Source: Candidatus Eiseniibacteriota bacterium
GTDB taxonomy: Bacteria > Eisenbacteria > RBG-16-71-46 > JABDJR01 > JAWXBZ01
NCBI GenBank assembly: GCA_034440375.1
Contig: JAWXBZ010000105.1
Span: forward strand, 9,431 to 73,430
DNA length: 64,000 bases
Direction of reading: 5' to 3'
Shown here one piece after another: positions 28,152 to 36,248 of the stretch; position 1 is the stretch's first letter, and each line of letters opens with the position of its first letter. The position numbers and the translations under genes are program-made. The notes under the pieces are model-generated. The model saw only the letters and a program-made list of their open reading frames with translations, searched no databases and was not told the origin of the DNA.

Positions 28152-30949
28152 CCCTGTCCGTTCGCGTCGGCGCGCTGGAGCGCGACCTCTTGAACAGCCG
28201 GGGTGATGCCATCCGACCGGCCCATTTCAAAAAATACCTGGCCTCGCTCCAGCGGACCACGCGTCGCGATCCATTGAAAGCTGAGTCCGCATCGAGCCGG
28301 GCCATGCTGGTTGCCCGGGCCGTGGGCGATGGCGTCGCGCTGGCGCATCTGCAGCGGGCACGGGCCCACGCGCGTCGCGCGAGTAACCGATGGCCGGAGG
28401 CGGCCTCGGACTATCGCGCGGCTCTCAAGCGATTTCAGGATCTGGATCGGGCGGACGAATGCGCGTTCACCCGTATCGGCCTGATTGATGCCCTCATGTA
28501 CCTCGGGCGCTACGAGGATGCCCTGTTTGAGGCGCACGCGGCGCGACGAACGGTCCAAAGGCTTGGCGATCCGATTCGCGGCGCCCGCATCGAAAACAAC
28601 ATCGGAAACATTCACCATCGGCGCGATGACCTCGAAACGGCCATCCAATGGTATGACCGCGCGCGGCGGACATTTCGGCGGCGGCACGACGACTCCGCGC
28701 TGGCATTGGTTGAGTTCAACCGCGGAAACGTGCTCGGGCCGATGGGGCGCACCGCCGAGGCGCGGATCGCCTACGAAACCGCCGGGGCCATTTTTTCCCG
28801 GCAGGGCTTCACGGACCGGACGGCCCAGGTGCGGTACAACCTGGCCTACCTTCGCTTTCTCGAAAACCGGTTGCCGGAGGCTCTCGAGGAGTTGGAGCAG
28901 GTCCGCGTGACCTTTCAGGCGACGGGCGATGAACGTCACCTCGGCCTGACGCGACTCGATGAGTCTGAGATCCTTCTCCGCCTGAATCTTTGGGATGACG
29001 CCGGAGAAGCGGCTACCGAAGCCATCCGCCGGCTGAAGGCACTCGGTCTCGACTACGAGCGGGCGAAAGCCCTCACGTTCCTGGCCCTGGCCACGGCCCG
29101 TCGAGGCGATCCGTCGGAGGCGGCGGGCCTGCTGGACTCGGCCCGCGAACTTTTCAAGACGGAAAAAAACCGCTGGTGGGTCGGTGAGACCAGCCTTCAG
29201 CTGGCCCGATTGGCTGTCGGTCGAGGTGCCTGGTCAGAGGCACGGCTGGAAGCGCAGCGGGCACGCCGGACGTTCGCCCGAAGAATATCCAACGAAGCGC
29301 TGGGGCGGGCCCTGCTGATCGAAGCGGAGGCGGCCCGCGGAGCCGGCCGCAGGGCCCAAGCCGGGCGCACGCTGGAGGCGGCGCTTCAGGCCGCCCGGCG
29401 GAGTCGCTCGCCCTGGCTCACGGCGGAAGTTCGCGAGTTGGCGGGACTCCTGGCACTTGACCGGGGCGATGCTGCGACGGCACGGCGCCACTTCAACCAG
29501 GCCATCAAGGCCATTGAACAGCTTCGTGCATTGCTCTCCGGTGACGACCTCCGGGCGGGGTTTCTGCGCGAGCGGGATCGCCCCTATCTGGAATTGGCCC
29601 GTCTCGAACTCGTGGCCGGCCGGCCGCGACAGGCGTTCGAACTATTCGAACGCGGGCGGGCGCGGGCCCTGCTCGACCTCCTGACGGACATGCCGGCGGG
29701 AAAGCGGGCACCAGGCAAGGGTCGCAGGAAATTGGAGACACGAGCCAGGCACCTGCTGTCGGAATTGGGGCGCCGTTATCACGAAGACGACGTCGCCGAA
29801 TCGTCCGGCCAACGACAGTGGACCAGCGCCGGAATATCCGAAGCGCGGGAATCGCTCGAGGCGGAAGCGGCCCGGCTTCTGCGTCGCGTGGATCAAAGCC
29901 CTGGTTCGATCGCCGGGCGGCGTCCCGGTCTCGGCGAGGTGCAACGTCTCCTTCGTCCCGGCGAAACCCTTCTTTCTTTCCACGAAATCGGCGGCCGGGT
30001 CGGGGTATTTCGGATTACCCGGACCCGCTTCGACTCGGTGCCGGACCTGGCCGGCGCGGCCGACATCGAGAGGCTGGCGGAATCGCTGCGATTTCAGTGG
30101 GGGCGGTTCCGCTTCGATGCGGAATTACTGGCACGCCACGGCGCTCAGTTGGAAAGCATGGCCCGGAGCGATCTTCGGCGCCTTCATGAGCTCTTGATCT
30201 CACCCTTTGATTCTCCCTCGGAGAAGGGGCCGCTGATCATCGTTCCGACGGCTGGACTTCGCTCGGTCCCTTTTTCCGCACTCGACGACGGAACGGCGTG
30301 TCTGGCCCGGAGGCGGGCCATCGTCGTGTCGCCCAGTGCGGCGGTCTGGAGCCGTTGCCGGACCCACGAGACGGGCGATGGGGGCCTTGAGAGGGCCGTG
30401 CTCATTGGTATCCCCGACAAGCGGGCTCCGCAGGTTGCCGACGAAATACGGGAGTTGGCCGGGCGGCTACCGGGTGCCCGGGTATTCCTCGGTTCGGAGG
30501 CAACGGCGCACCAATTTCTGGCATCCCTGCCGAAGGCCTCGATCTTGCATGTAGCCACGCATGGCATGTTCCGTACCGATCGCCCGAACCTGTCGGGAGT
30601 CCGACTGTCCGATCGATGGGTCTACGGCTATGAAGTTGCCCGGGGAATGATGCGGGCCCGCCTGGTCGTGCTATCGGCCTGCGTGACCGGGCTTTCCGCC
30701 GCCTGGGCCGGCGGCGATTGGATGGGCCTGGCCCGATCCTTTCTGACCGCGGGAGCCCGCCGGGTTCTGGTAGGCCTCTGGGATGTCGATGACGATGCCA
30801 CCCGGCAATTGATGGGACATTTTTACCGCTTTCTGATCAACGAAGGGCATCTGCCGGCGGAAGCGCTGGCCCGGGCCCAGGCCGAAATGGCGTCCAGCGG
30901 CTGGCACCCGTACTACTGGTCCGGCTTTTCGCTCATGGGAGATCTGTGA
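28148..30949 (+). CDS. TPR-repeat CHAT-domain (caspase/separase-like) cysteine protease
   Basis: Long TPR-like N-terminus; ERGRARALLD; LIIVP..LRSVPFSAL; catalytic His (LHVATHG) and Cys (LVVLSAC); GLARSFLTAGA..LWDVDD; HPYYWSGF. Confidence 0.93.
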   Translation: MTLSVRVGALERDLLNSRGDAIRPAHFKKYLASLQRTTRRDPLKAESASSRAMLVARAVGDGVALAHLQRARAHARRASNRWPEAASDYRAALKRFQDLDRADECAFTRIGLIDALMYLGRYEDALFEAHAARRTVQRLGDPIRGARIENNIGNIHHRRDDLETAIQWYDRARRTFRRRHDDSALALVEFNRGNVLGPMGRTAEARIAYETAGAIFSRQGFTDRTAQVRYNLAYLRFLENRLPEALEELEQVRVTFQATGDERHLGLTRLDESEILLRLNLWDDAGEAATEAIRRLKALGLDYERAKALTFLALATARRGDPSEAAGLLDSARELFKTEKNRWWVGETSLQLARLAVGRGAWSEARLEAQRARRTFARRISNEALGRALLIEAEAARGAGRRAQAGRTLEAALQAARRSRSPWLTAEVRELAGLLALDRGDAATARRHFNQAIKAIEQLRALLSGDDLRAGFLRERDRPYLELARLELVAGRPRQAFELFERGRARALLDLLTDMPAGKRAPGKGRRKLETRARHLLSELGRRYHEDDVAESSGQRQWTSAGISEARESLEAEAARLLRRVDQSPGSIAGRRPGLGEVQRLLRPGETLLSFHEIGGRVGVFRITRTRFDSVPDLAGAADIERLAESLRFQWGRFRFDAELLARHGAQLESMARSDLRRLHELLISPFDSPSEKGPLIIVPTAGLRSVPFSALDDGTACLARRRAIVVSPSAAVWSRCRTHETGDGGLERAVLIGIPDKRAPQVADEIRELAGRLPGARVFLGSEATAHQFLASLPKASILHVATHGMFRTDRPNLSGVRLSDRWVYGYEVARGMMRARLVVLSACVTGLSAAWAGGDWMGLARSFLTAGARRVLVGLWDVDDDATRQLMGHFYRFLINEGHLPAEALARAQAEMASSGWHPYYWSGFSLMGDL

Positions 30950-31042
30950 TGCGCCGTGACGATTGGGCTGGCCACCGGCCGGGGGGGGCCTGTACTCTTT
31001 GATTCCCGCCAAGGACTCATGCCGCCGAAAGGGAATTCTGTC

Positions 31043-32386
31043 ATGACATTCTCATTTCCCACCGCGCGGGCCGCGCTTTCGCTTGGCATCGGTCTGGCCC
31101 TGGCACTCCCGGGCTGCGGCCAGGACACTCTCGAGGAATCGCCCCGGGTTGACAGTTACGCCGCCAGAACCGGCGGCCTCCTGACCGACGACTTCGACAG
31201 TGACGAAATCCTGGCGATCGTGGACCCAAATTTCGACCCCGGCACCATCGCCATCGAACACGGGCTGCTGCTGGTCGATGAACTGCCGGACGGACTCTCG
31301 ACACGCTTTCGAGTGCCAGCCGGGGGCGTCCTGGCGCAGGAGGAAGCCGAACTGGCGCTCGATCCGCGCGTTCTCGGCGTCGACAGGAACCTCTTCGTCA
31401 TCGACACCGAGACGCGACAATCGAGCATGGCCTTCGACGAGGGCAATTTTGTGGAAGGCGCCGTCGGTGACCAGGGCTTTCTGCGCCTGCTCCACGTGGC
31501 CCGGGCGCACGATCGCACCCGGGGCGATGGGGTGGTCGTTGCCATTCTTGATACGGGAATAGACTTCAGCCATCCGGCCCTGGCCGGGCACATTCATCCG
31601 GCGAGTCGTGACTTCCTCGACGGCGACACCGACGCCTCCGAATCCCCCAACGGCATTGATGACGATGGCGATGGATTCATCGACGAGGCCCTGGGTCATG
31701 GCACGCATGTGGCCGGACTCGTCCGCCTGGTGGCCCCGGAAGCCAAAATCATGGTCCTTCGGGTCCTGGACGCCGATGGGCGGGGCCCGGCCTGGGGCGT
31801 AGCGCAGGCAATCGAATATGCCGCTGATCAGGGCGCGTCGATCATCAACATGAGCCTCGGCATGTTGAGCAAACCCGAGATCATGGATGAGGCTCTCAGC
31901 TACGCGGCCGACCGGGGTGTGATCATGGTCGGCTCGATCGGCAACTGGGGGGCGGAGGATCCGGAGGAGTACCCTTCGTCCAGCAGCTCGGTCTGGGCTG
32001 TCGTCGCCACGGATCACGAGGATCGGGCCGCCACGTTCACGAGCTATTCCAGCCACGCCGCGATCGCCGCCCCGGGAACCCTGATCCGCAGCGCCCACTA
32101 TGGCGGCGGCTCGGCCGTCTGGAGCGGCACGTCGATGGCCTCACCGCTGGTGGCGGGCACTGCGGCGCTTCTCCTCTCCATTCACGCCGATTGGACGCCC
32201 GCCATGGTCCTGGCGCGTATCCAGTCCACCGCCCGGCCGGTTACTCCCCTGCATTCGGAACAGATTGGCGAACTGGGCGCCGGCCGGATCGACGTGGGAG
32301 CAGCCCTCGCGGCCGATCAGCACGACGGCACCGCAAACGACGATGGCGAGGGCGAGGTGTACTGGAATCGTCGAACCCGGCGCTGA
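31043..32386 (+). CDS. S8 subtilisin-like serine peptidase, predicted lipoprotein
   Basis: Lipobox LALPGC; triad VAILDTG, GHGTHVAG, SGTSMA; Ca-loop-like NGIDDDGDGFIDE. Confidence 0.92.
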   Translation: MTFSFPTARAALSLGIGLALALPGCGQDTLEESPRVDSYAARTGGLLTDDFDSDEILAIVDPNFDPGTIAIEHGLLLVDELPDGLSTRFRVPAGGVLAQEEAELALDPRVLGVDRNLFVIDTETRQSSMAFDEGNFVEGAVGDQGFLRLLHVARAHDRTRGDGVVVAILDTGIDFSHPALAGHIHPASRDFLDGDTDASESPNGIDDDGDGFIDEALGHGTHVAGLVRLVAPEAKIMVLRVLDADGRGPAWGVAQAIEYAADQGASIINMSLGMLSKPEIMDEALSYAADRGVIMVGSIGNWGAEDPEEYPSSSSSVWAVVATDHEDRAATFTSYSSHAAIAAPGTLIRSAHYGGGSAVWSGTSMASPLVAGTAALLLSIHADWTPAMVLARIQSTARPVTPLHSEQIGELGAGRIDVGAALAADQHDGTANDDGEGEVYWNRRTRR

Positions 32387-32429
32387 GCCAGGGCGGGGGC
32401 TGACACCCCGCTGACCCCAATTTAGCAGG

Positions 32430-32456
32430 AGCCCGCTCCGGAGCGGGCTTTTTCTT
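32430..32456 (+). terminator. Rho-independent terminator
   Basis: AGCCCGCTC-CG-GAGCGGGCT inverted repeat followed by TTTTCTT, downstream of the S8 gene. Confidence 0.85.
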
Positions 32457-32466
32457 GCCCGATTGT

Positions 32467-32494
32467 GTATCCCGTGTCCACCGGACCGTACCTT
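32467..32494 (+). promoter_or_regulatory. Putative ECF promoter, copy 2 (GTATCC-N15-GTACCTT)
   Basis: GTATCC at 32467-32472 and GTACCTT at 32488-32494, just after the terminator and at the head of the glycosyltransferase operon. Confidence 0.65.
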
Positions 32495-32545
32495 GCCTCC
32501 ATGCATCGCAATGAGGCGTATCCGTTCCGGAACGGTGACCGAAAA

Positions 32546-33757
32546 ATGGCACGGCGAATTGCCGCCTACTCGCACGATACCGTCGGACTCGGGCACCTGC
32601 GCCGCACCCTGACCATCACCCGCCATCTCGGGGCACGGCGCCCCGACTTGAACTCGCTCATCATCTCCGGTTCCCCATTCGTCCAGGCGATGGGTTCCTA
32701 TGATCGAATCGATTTCCTCAAACTCCCCGCGGCGAAGAAAATTCGGAACGGGCACTACGAAGCCCGGTACCTCGGCCTCGACTTTGATCACTTCAACCGG
32801 TTTCGATCAGGCGTCATCGACGAGGGGCTCCGGGCTTTCGAGCCCGATCTCCTGATCATTGACAAGACGCCGGGGGGGATGAACGGCGAATTGCTTCCCT
32901 GTTTGCGGCGCCTTCGGGAGACCGGCGCGCGGACGCGGGTGGTCCTTGGTCTGCGCGATATCCTGGACGAGGCGCCGAACCAGCGTGCCGAGTGGACGGC
33001 CACCGGCGACTGGCAGACGCTCGACGAACTCTATGATGCGATCTGGATCTACGGCTCGGCGGACGTTTTCAACCCGGTTACCGAGTACGGCTTCAGCGAT
33101 ACCATGGCCGCGCGCACGTCTTTTCTGGGCTACCTCCCAAAGTACAACGGAATTCGGCCCGTCGAGGCCATCCGGGCTGAACTTGACGCAAAGGATCAGC
33201 CGCTCCTGGTCTTGAGCCCCGGCGGCGGCGAGGACGGTTACGAACTTCTGTCACTCTTTCTCGAAGCGAGGGACGGGGGCTTCCTTCCGACCGGACACCT
33301 GCCGGTCCTGGTCACCGGACCAGGCATGCCGGAAGCGCGCGTGGCCGAACTCCGGCATCGCCTCGGCGCCAACGGCCGATTGCTGGAGTTCAGCGATCAT
33401 TTCACGTCAATTCTGGCGGCCGCCGACCTGGTGATCACCATGGGTGGCTACAACACGCTCACCGAAGCGCTCTGCCTTGGCAAGCGGGTGGTCTCGGTTC
33501 CCCGCGTGCGCCCGAGGCGCGAGCAGTGGATACGGGCACAGCGATTCGCCGAGCGCGGGCTGCTGACAATGGTCGAGCCGGACGGTGCCTCCCCGGCCAC
33601 ACTCGGCGCCGCGATCCGTCATGAACTCGGCCGCGACGTGAGCACCGGATGCCTCCCGCTCGATTTCGGGGGCCTGGAACGGCTGGACGACGAATATGCC
33701 CGCCTCTTCGACAATGAGATGCCGGCCCTTCAAAGCGAGTCCGGAGCAACGCGATGA
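32546..33757 (+). CDS. GT-B glycosyltransferase (COG4671 / GT28 C-terminal-like)
   Basis: YSHDTVGLGHLRR, VLGLRDILD, PGGGEDG, MGGYNT..E, VPR..PRREQ.IRA. Alternative in-frame ATG at 32501. Confidence 0.88.
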   Translation: MARRIAAYSHDTVGLGHLRRTLTITRHLGARRPDLNSLIISGSPFVQAMGSYDRIDFLKLPAAKKIRNGHYEARYLGLDFDHFNRFRSGVIDEGLRAFEPDLLIIDKTPGGMNGELLPCLRRLRETGARTRVVLGLRDILDEAPNQRAEWTATGDWQTLDELYDAIWIYGSADVFNPVTEYGFSDTMAARTSFLGYLPKYNGIRPVEAIRAELDAKDQPLLVLSPGGGEDGYELLSLFLEARDGGFLPTGHLPVLVTGPGMPEARVAELRHRLGANGRLLEFSDHFTSILAAADLVITMGGYNTLTEALCLGKRVVSVPRVRPRREQWIRAQRFAERGLLTMVEPDGASPATLGAAIRHELGRDVSTGCLPLDFGGLERLDDEYARLFDNEMPALQSESGATR

Positions 33758-35082
33758 CGACGCCCGCGACAACACACGCTCCGCTTTGCGTGGCCTACCT
33801 CGTCAAGACCTGGCCGCGCCTCTCGGAGACATTTGTCCTGAACGAGATTCTGGCGCTGGAGGCGCGCGGCGCCATCGTCACGATCCTGGCCCTGAAGCGC
33901 CCGGCGGAGCGTCGCTTCCACGAGAAACTGGCGCGTGTGCGCGGGGACGTGTTGTACGCGCCGGAGGTACGGCCGAATCAAGTCCTTTCCTTCCTCGCAT
34001 CGCAGCACAAACACCTGGCCGGGGCGGAAGTGCTTCTATCGCGGCACTTCTGGACGTCCCTGGATCAGGCGGACGATGAGGGCCTGGAGTCGCTGATTCC
34101 CGCGATCGCATTTCTGCCGGTGGTTGTCGAACGGCAAATCGACCACCTTCATGCCCATTTCGCCACCTCGGCCGCCGCCACGGCCATGCGGCTGGCATCG
34201 CTCGCCGGAATCGGTTGGTCAATGACGGCCCACGCCAAGGATATTTTCCACCAATCGGTTTCAAGTGACCGCCTGCGCGAGAAGGTGGCGTCGTCACGCT
34301 TCACCGTGGCCGTGAGCGACTGGAGCGCCGACTTCCTGCGCGACGTCGTCGGTCACCCGGCCGCATCAAACGTGCGGCGGCTGTACAACGGTCTCGATCT
34401 GACTGAATTTCCGACGCCGCGGTTCGGGGGGGCCGGCACGGAAACAGCGGCCTGCCTGCCGGAACTCCCGGTCACTCCGGGGCGGATTCTTTCCGTGGGT
34501 CGCCTCGTGCCGAAGAAAGGCTTCGGCACTCTGCTTCTGGCGGCGCGTCGACTCATCGATCAAGGCCACGACATTCACGTCGACCTCGTTGGTGACGGCG
34601 AACTGCGCGTCGAACTGGAGCGTCGCATCCACGAGCTCAACCTCGACGCGAGAGTCCACCTGCTTGGCGCGCAGTCCCACGATGCCGTCCGGCAGCTCAT
34701 GCAATCGTCGACGCTGTTCGCGCTCCCGGCCGAAGTGGCGGAGGACGGCAATCGTGATGGATTACCCGTCGTGGTCGTGGAGGCCATGGCATCGGGACTT
34801 CCGGTCCTCTCAACGCCAGTGGTCGGCATCCCCGAGGCGGTCCTCGATGGGATCACCGGCCGCCTTGTCCCGGAAAGGGATCCGATCGCCTTGGCCGGCG
34901 CAATAGCCGAACTCCTCGCCGATCGCGCGGGTGCCGCGCGGCTGGCGGAGGCCGGCCGGCGACGCGTGGACGAGCACTTCGACGGCGCGCGTTCGGCGGC
35001 CACGCTTCACGAGTGGTTCCAGGGGGCCGTACGACTGGAGGCGGCGAAACCGAAATCGATGATGGAGGCGGTCGGTCGATGA
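33754..35082 (+). CDS. Glycosyltransferase family 4 (WcaL-like)
   Basis: WPRLSETFVLNEI, HLHAHFA, TAHAKDIF, VGRLVPKKG, DGLPVVVVEAMA. Confidence 0.92.
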   Translation: MTTPATTHAPLCVAYLVKTWPRLSETFVLNEILALEARGAIVTILALKRPAERRFHEKLARVRGDVLYAPEVRPNQVLSFLASQHKHLAGAEVLLSRHFWTSLDQADDEGLESLIPAIAFLPVVVERQIDHLHAHFATSAAATAMRLASLAGIGWSMTAHAKDIFHQSVSSDRLREKVASSRFTVAVSDWSADFLRDVVGHPAASNVRRLYNGLDLTEFPTPRFGGAGTETAACLPELPVTPGRILSVGRLVPKKGFGTLLLAARRLIDQGHDIHVDLVGDGELRVELERRIHELNLDARVHLLGAQSHDAVRQLMQSSTLFALPAEVAEDGNRDGLPVVVVEAMASGLPVLSTPVVGIPEAVLDGITGRLVPERDPIALAGAIAELLADRAGAARLAEAGRRRVDEHFDGARSAATLHEWFQGAVRLEAAKPKSMMEAVGR

Positions 35083-36248
35083 ACTGGCTCGTCCTCGCAA
35101 ACGACTTCGGCGTCCCATGGCACGGCACCAAGGGGGCCTCGATTCACCTCCGATCGATGGCCGAAGCCCTGGCCACCGGCGTCGACTCCGTCGAGGTGGC
35201 GGTGCGGCGCCTCGGCCGGCCGACCGCCGGAAATCCTGGCCATGGGCGAGTCATTCTGACCGGGCTCGCAACCACGGAACCGCCGACCAATCCGGCGTTC
35301 GATCCCGATCGGATGAACGCGGAATTGCTTGCGTGGATCCTGGAGCGGCATCGCCACTCTCCGTTCGATGCCATCTACGAGCGCTATGCCCTTTGGACGG
35401 TGGCGGGACTCGATGCCGCCCGAAAGCTCGGCATTCCCCATCTACTTGAAGTCAACGCGCCGCTGGTGGACGAGGCCTCCCGCTGGCGGAACCTGGAACT
35501 CACGGTGACCGCCCGGGCGGCGGAACATCGCCTGGCCATGGACGGTGATCATCTTCTGGCGGTGTCGTCACCGATCGCACGACATCTGCTCCGACTTGGC
35601 GCCAATCCCGACCGAATTCATGTTGAAGGCAACGGCGTGGCAGATGCGTTCCTCCGCGTGGAACGGCGCCACGAAGCCGGTACCTCTCCTTTCGTGGTGG
35701 GATTCGCCGGCAGTTTGAAACCATGGCACGGACTGTCGACGCTGGTTTCGGCATTCGATCGACTCGGCGGCGCCGCCTCGGGTTGGCGGCTCCGCATCGT
35801 CGGCGAGGGTCCCATGGCAGAATGGCTGCGCGCGGCTGCAGAGACGCGTGAGGGGGTCGTCCTCACCGGCCCAATGCCGCACGAGTCGATTCCCGGCGAA
35901 CTGGCCCGAATGGATGCCGGCGCCGCGCTCTACGAAGAGGTCGGCGAGGGGTACTTCTCGCCGCTCAAGGTGGCCGAGTACCAGGCGGCAGGGCTCCCCG
36001 TGGTGGCCTCGGGCGGCGCCGGGGTCCGTGAGATGATCACGCATGGCAACGACGGCCTCCTGGTCCAGGAAGGCGATGTGGCCGGGGCCGCCACGGCCTT
36101 CGAACGGATTCGCTTCGAATCAAACCTTTCGGCCACGCTCGCGGCGGCCGGCCGATGCCGCGCGGCGGCCCGCACCTGGTCTGCCATCGCCGCACGTTGT
36201 CGCACACTGGCCTCGGGTCAGTCGCCCTGCGCAGAGATCGGTCGATGA
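35079..36248 (+). CDS. Glycosyltransferase family 4
   Basis: GTKGASIH, IYERYAL, LEVNAPL..E, GFAGSLKPWHG, YFSPLKV.EY.A.G.PVV; ATGA overlap with the upstream gene. Confidence 0.92.
   Translation: MNWLVLANDFGVPWHGTKGASIHLRSMAEALATGVDSVEVAVRRLGRPTAGNPGHGRVILTGLATTEPPTNPAFDPDRMNAELLAWILERHRHSPFDAIYERYALWTVAGLDAARKLGIPHLLEVNAPLVDEASRWRNLELTVTARAAEHRLAMDGDHLLAVSSPIARHLLRLGANPDRIHVEGNGVADAFLRVERRHEAGTSPFVVGFAGSLKPWHGLSTLVSAFDRLGGAASGWRLRIVGEGPMAEWLRAAAETREGVVLTGPMPHESIPGELARMDAGAALYEEVGEGYFSPLKVAEYQAAGLPVVASGGAGVREMITHGNDGLLVQEGDVAGAATAFERIRFESNLSATLAAAGRCRAAARTWSAIAARCRTLASGQSPCAEIGR

Noticed and set aside
28148-30949. CHAT protease as part of a type III-E CRISPR (Craspase) locus
   Set aside because: No cas genes or repeat-spacer array seen anywhere in the window; only the signalling logic is analogous.
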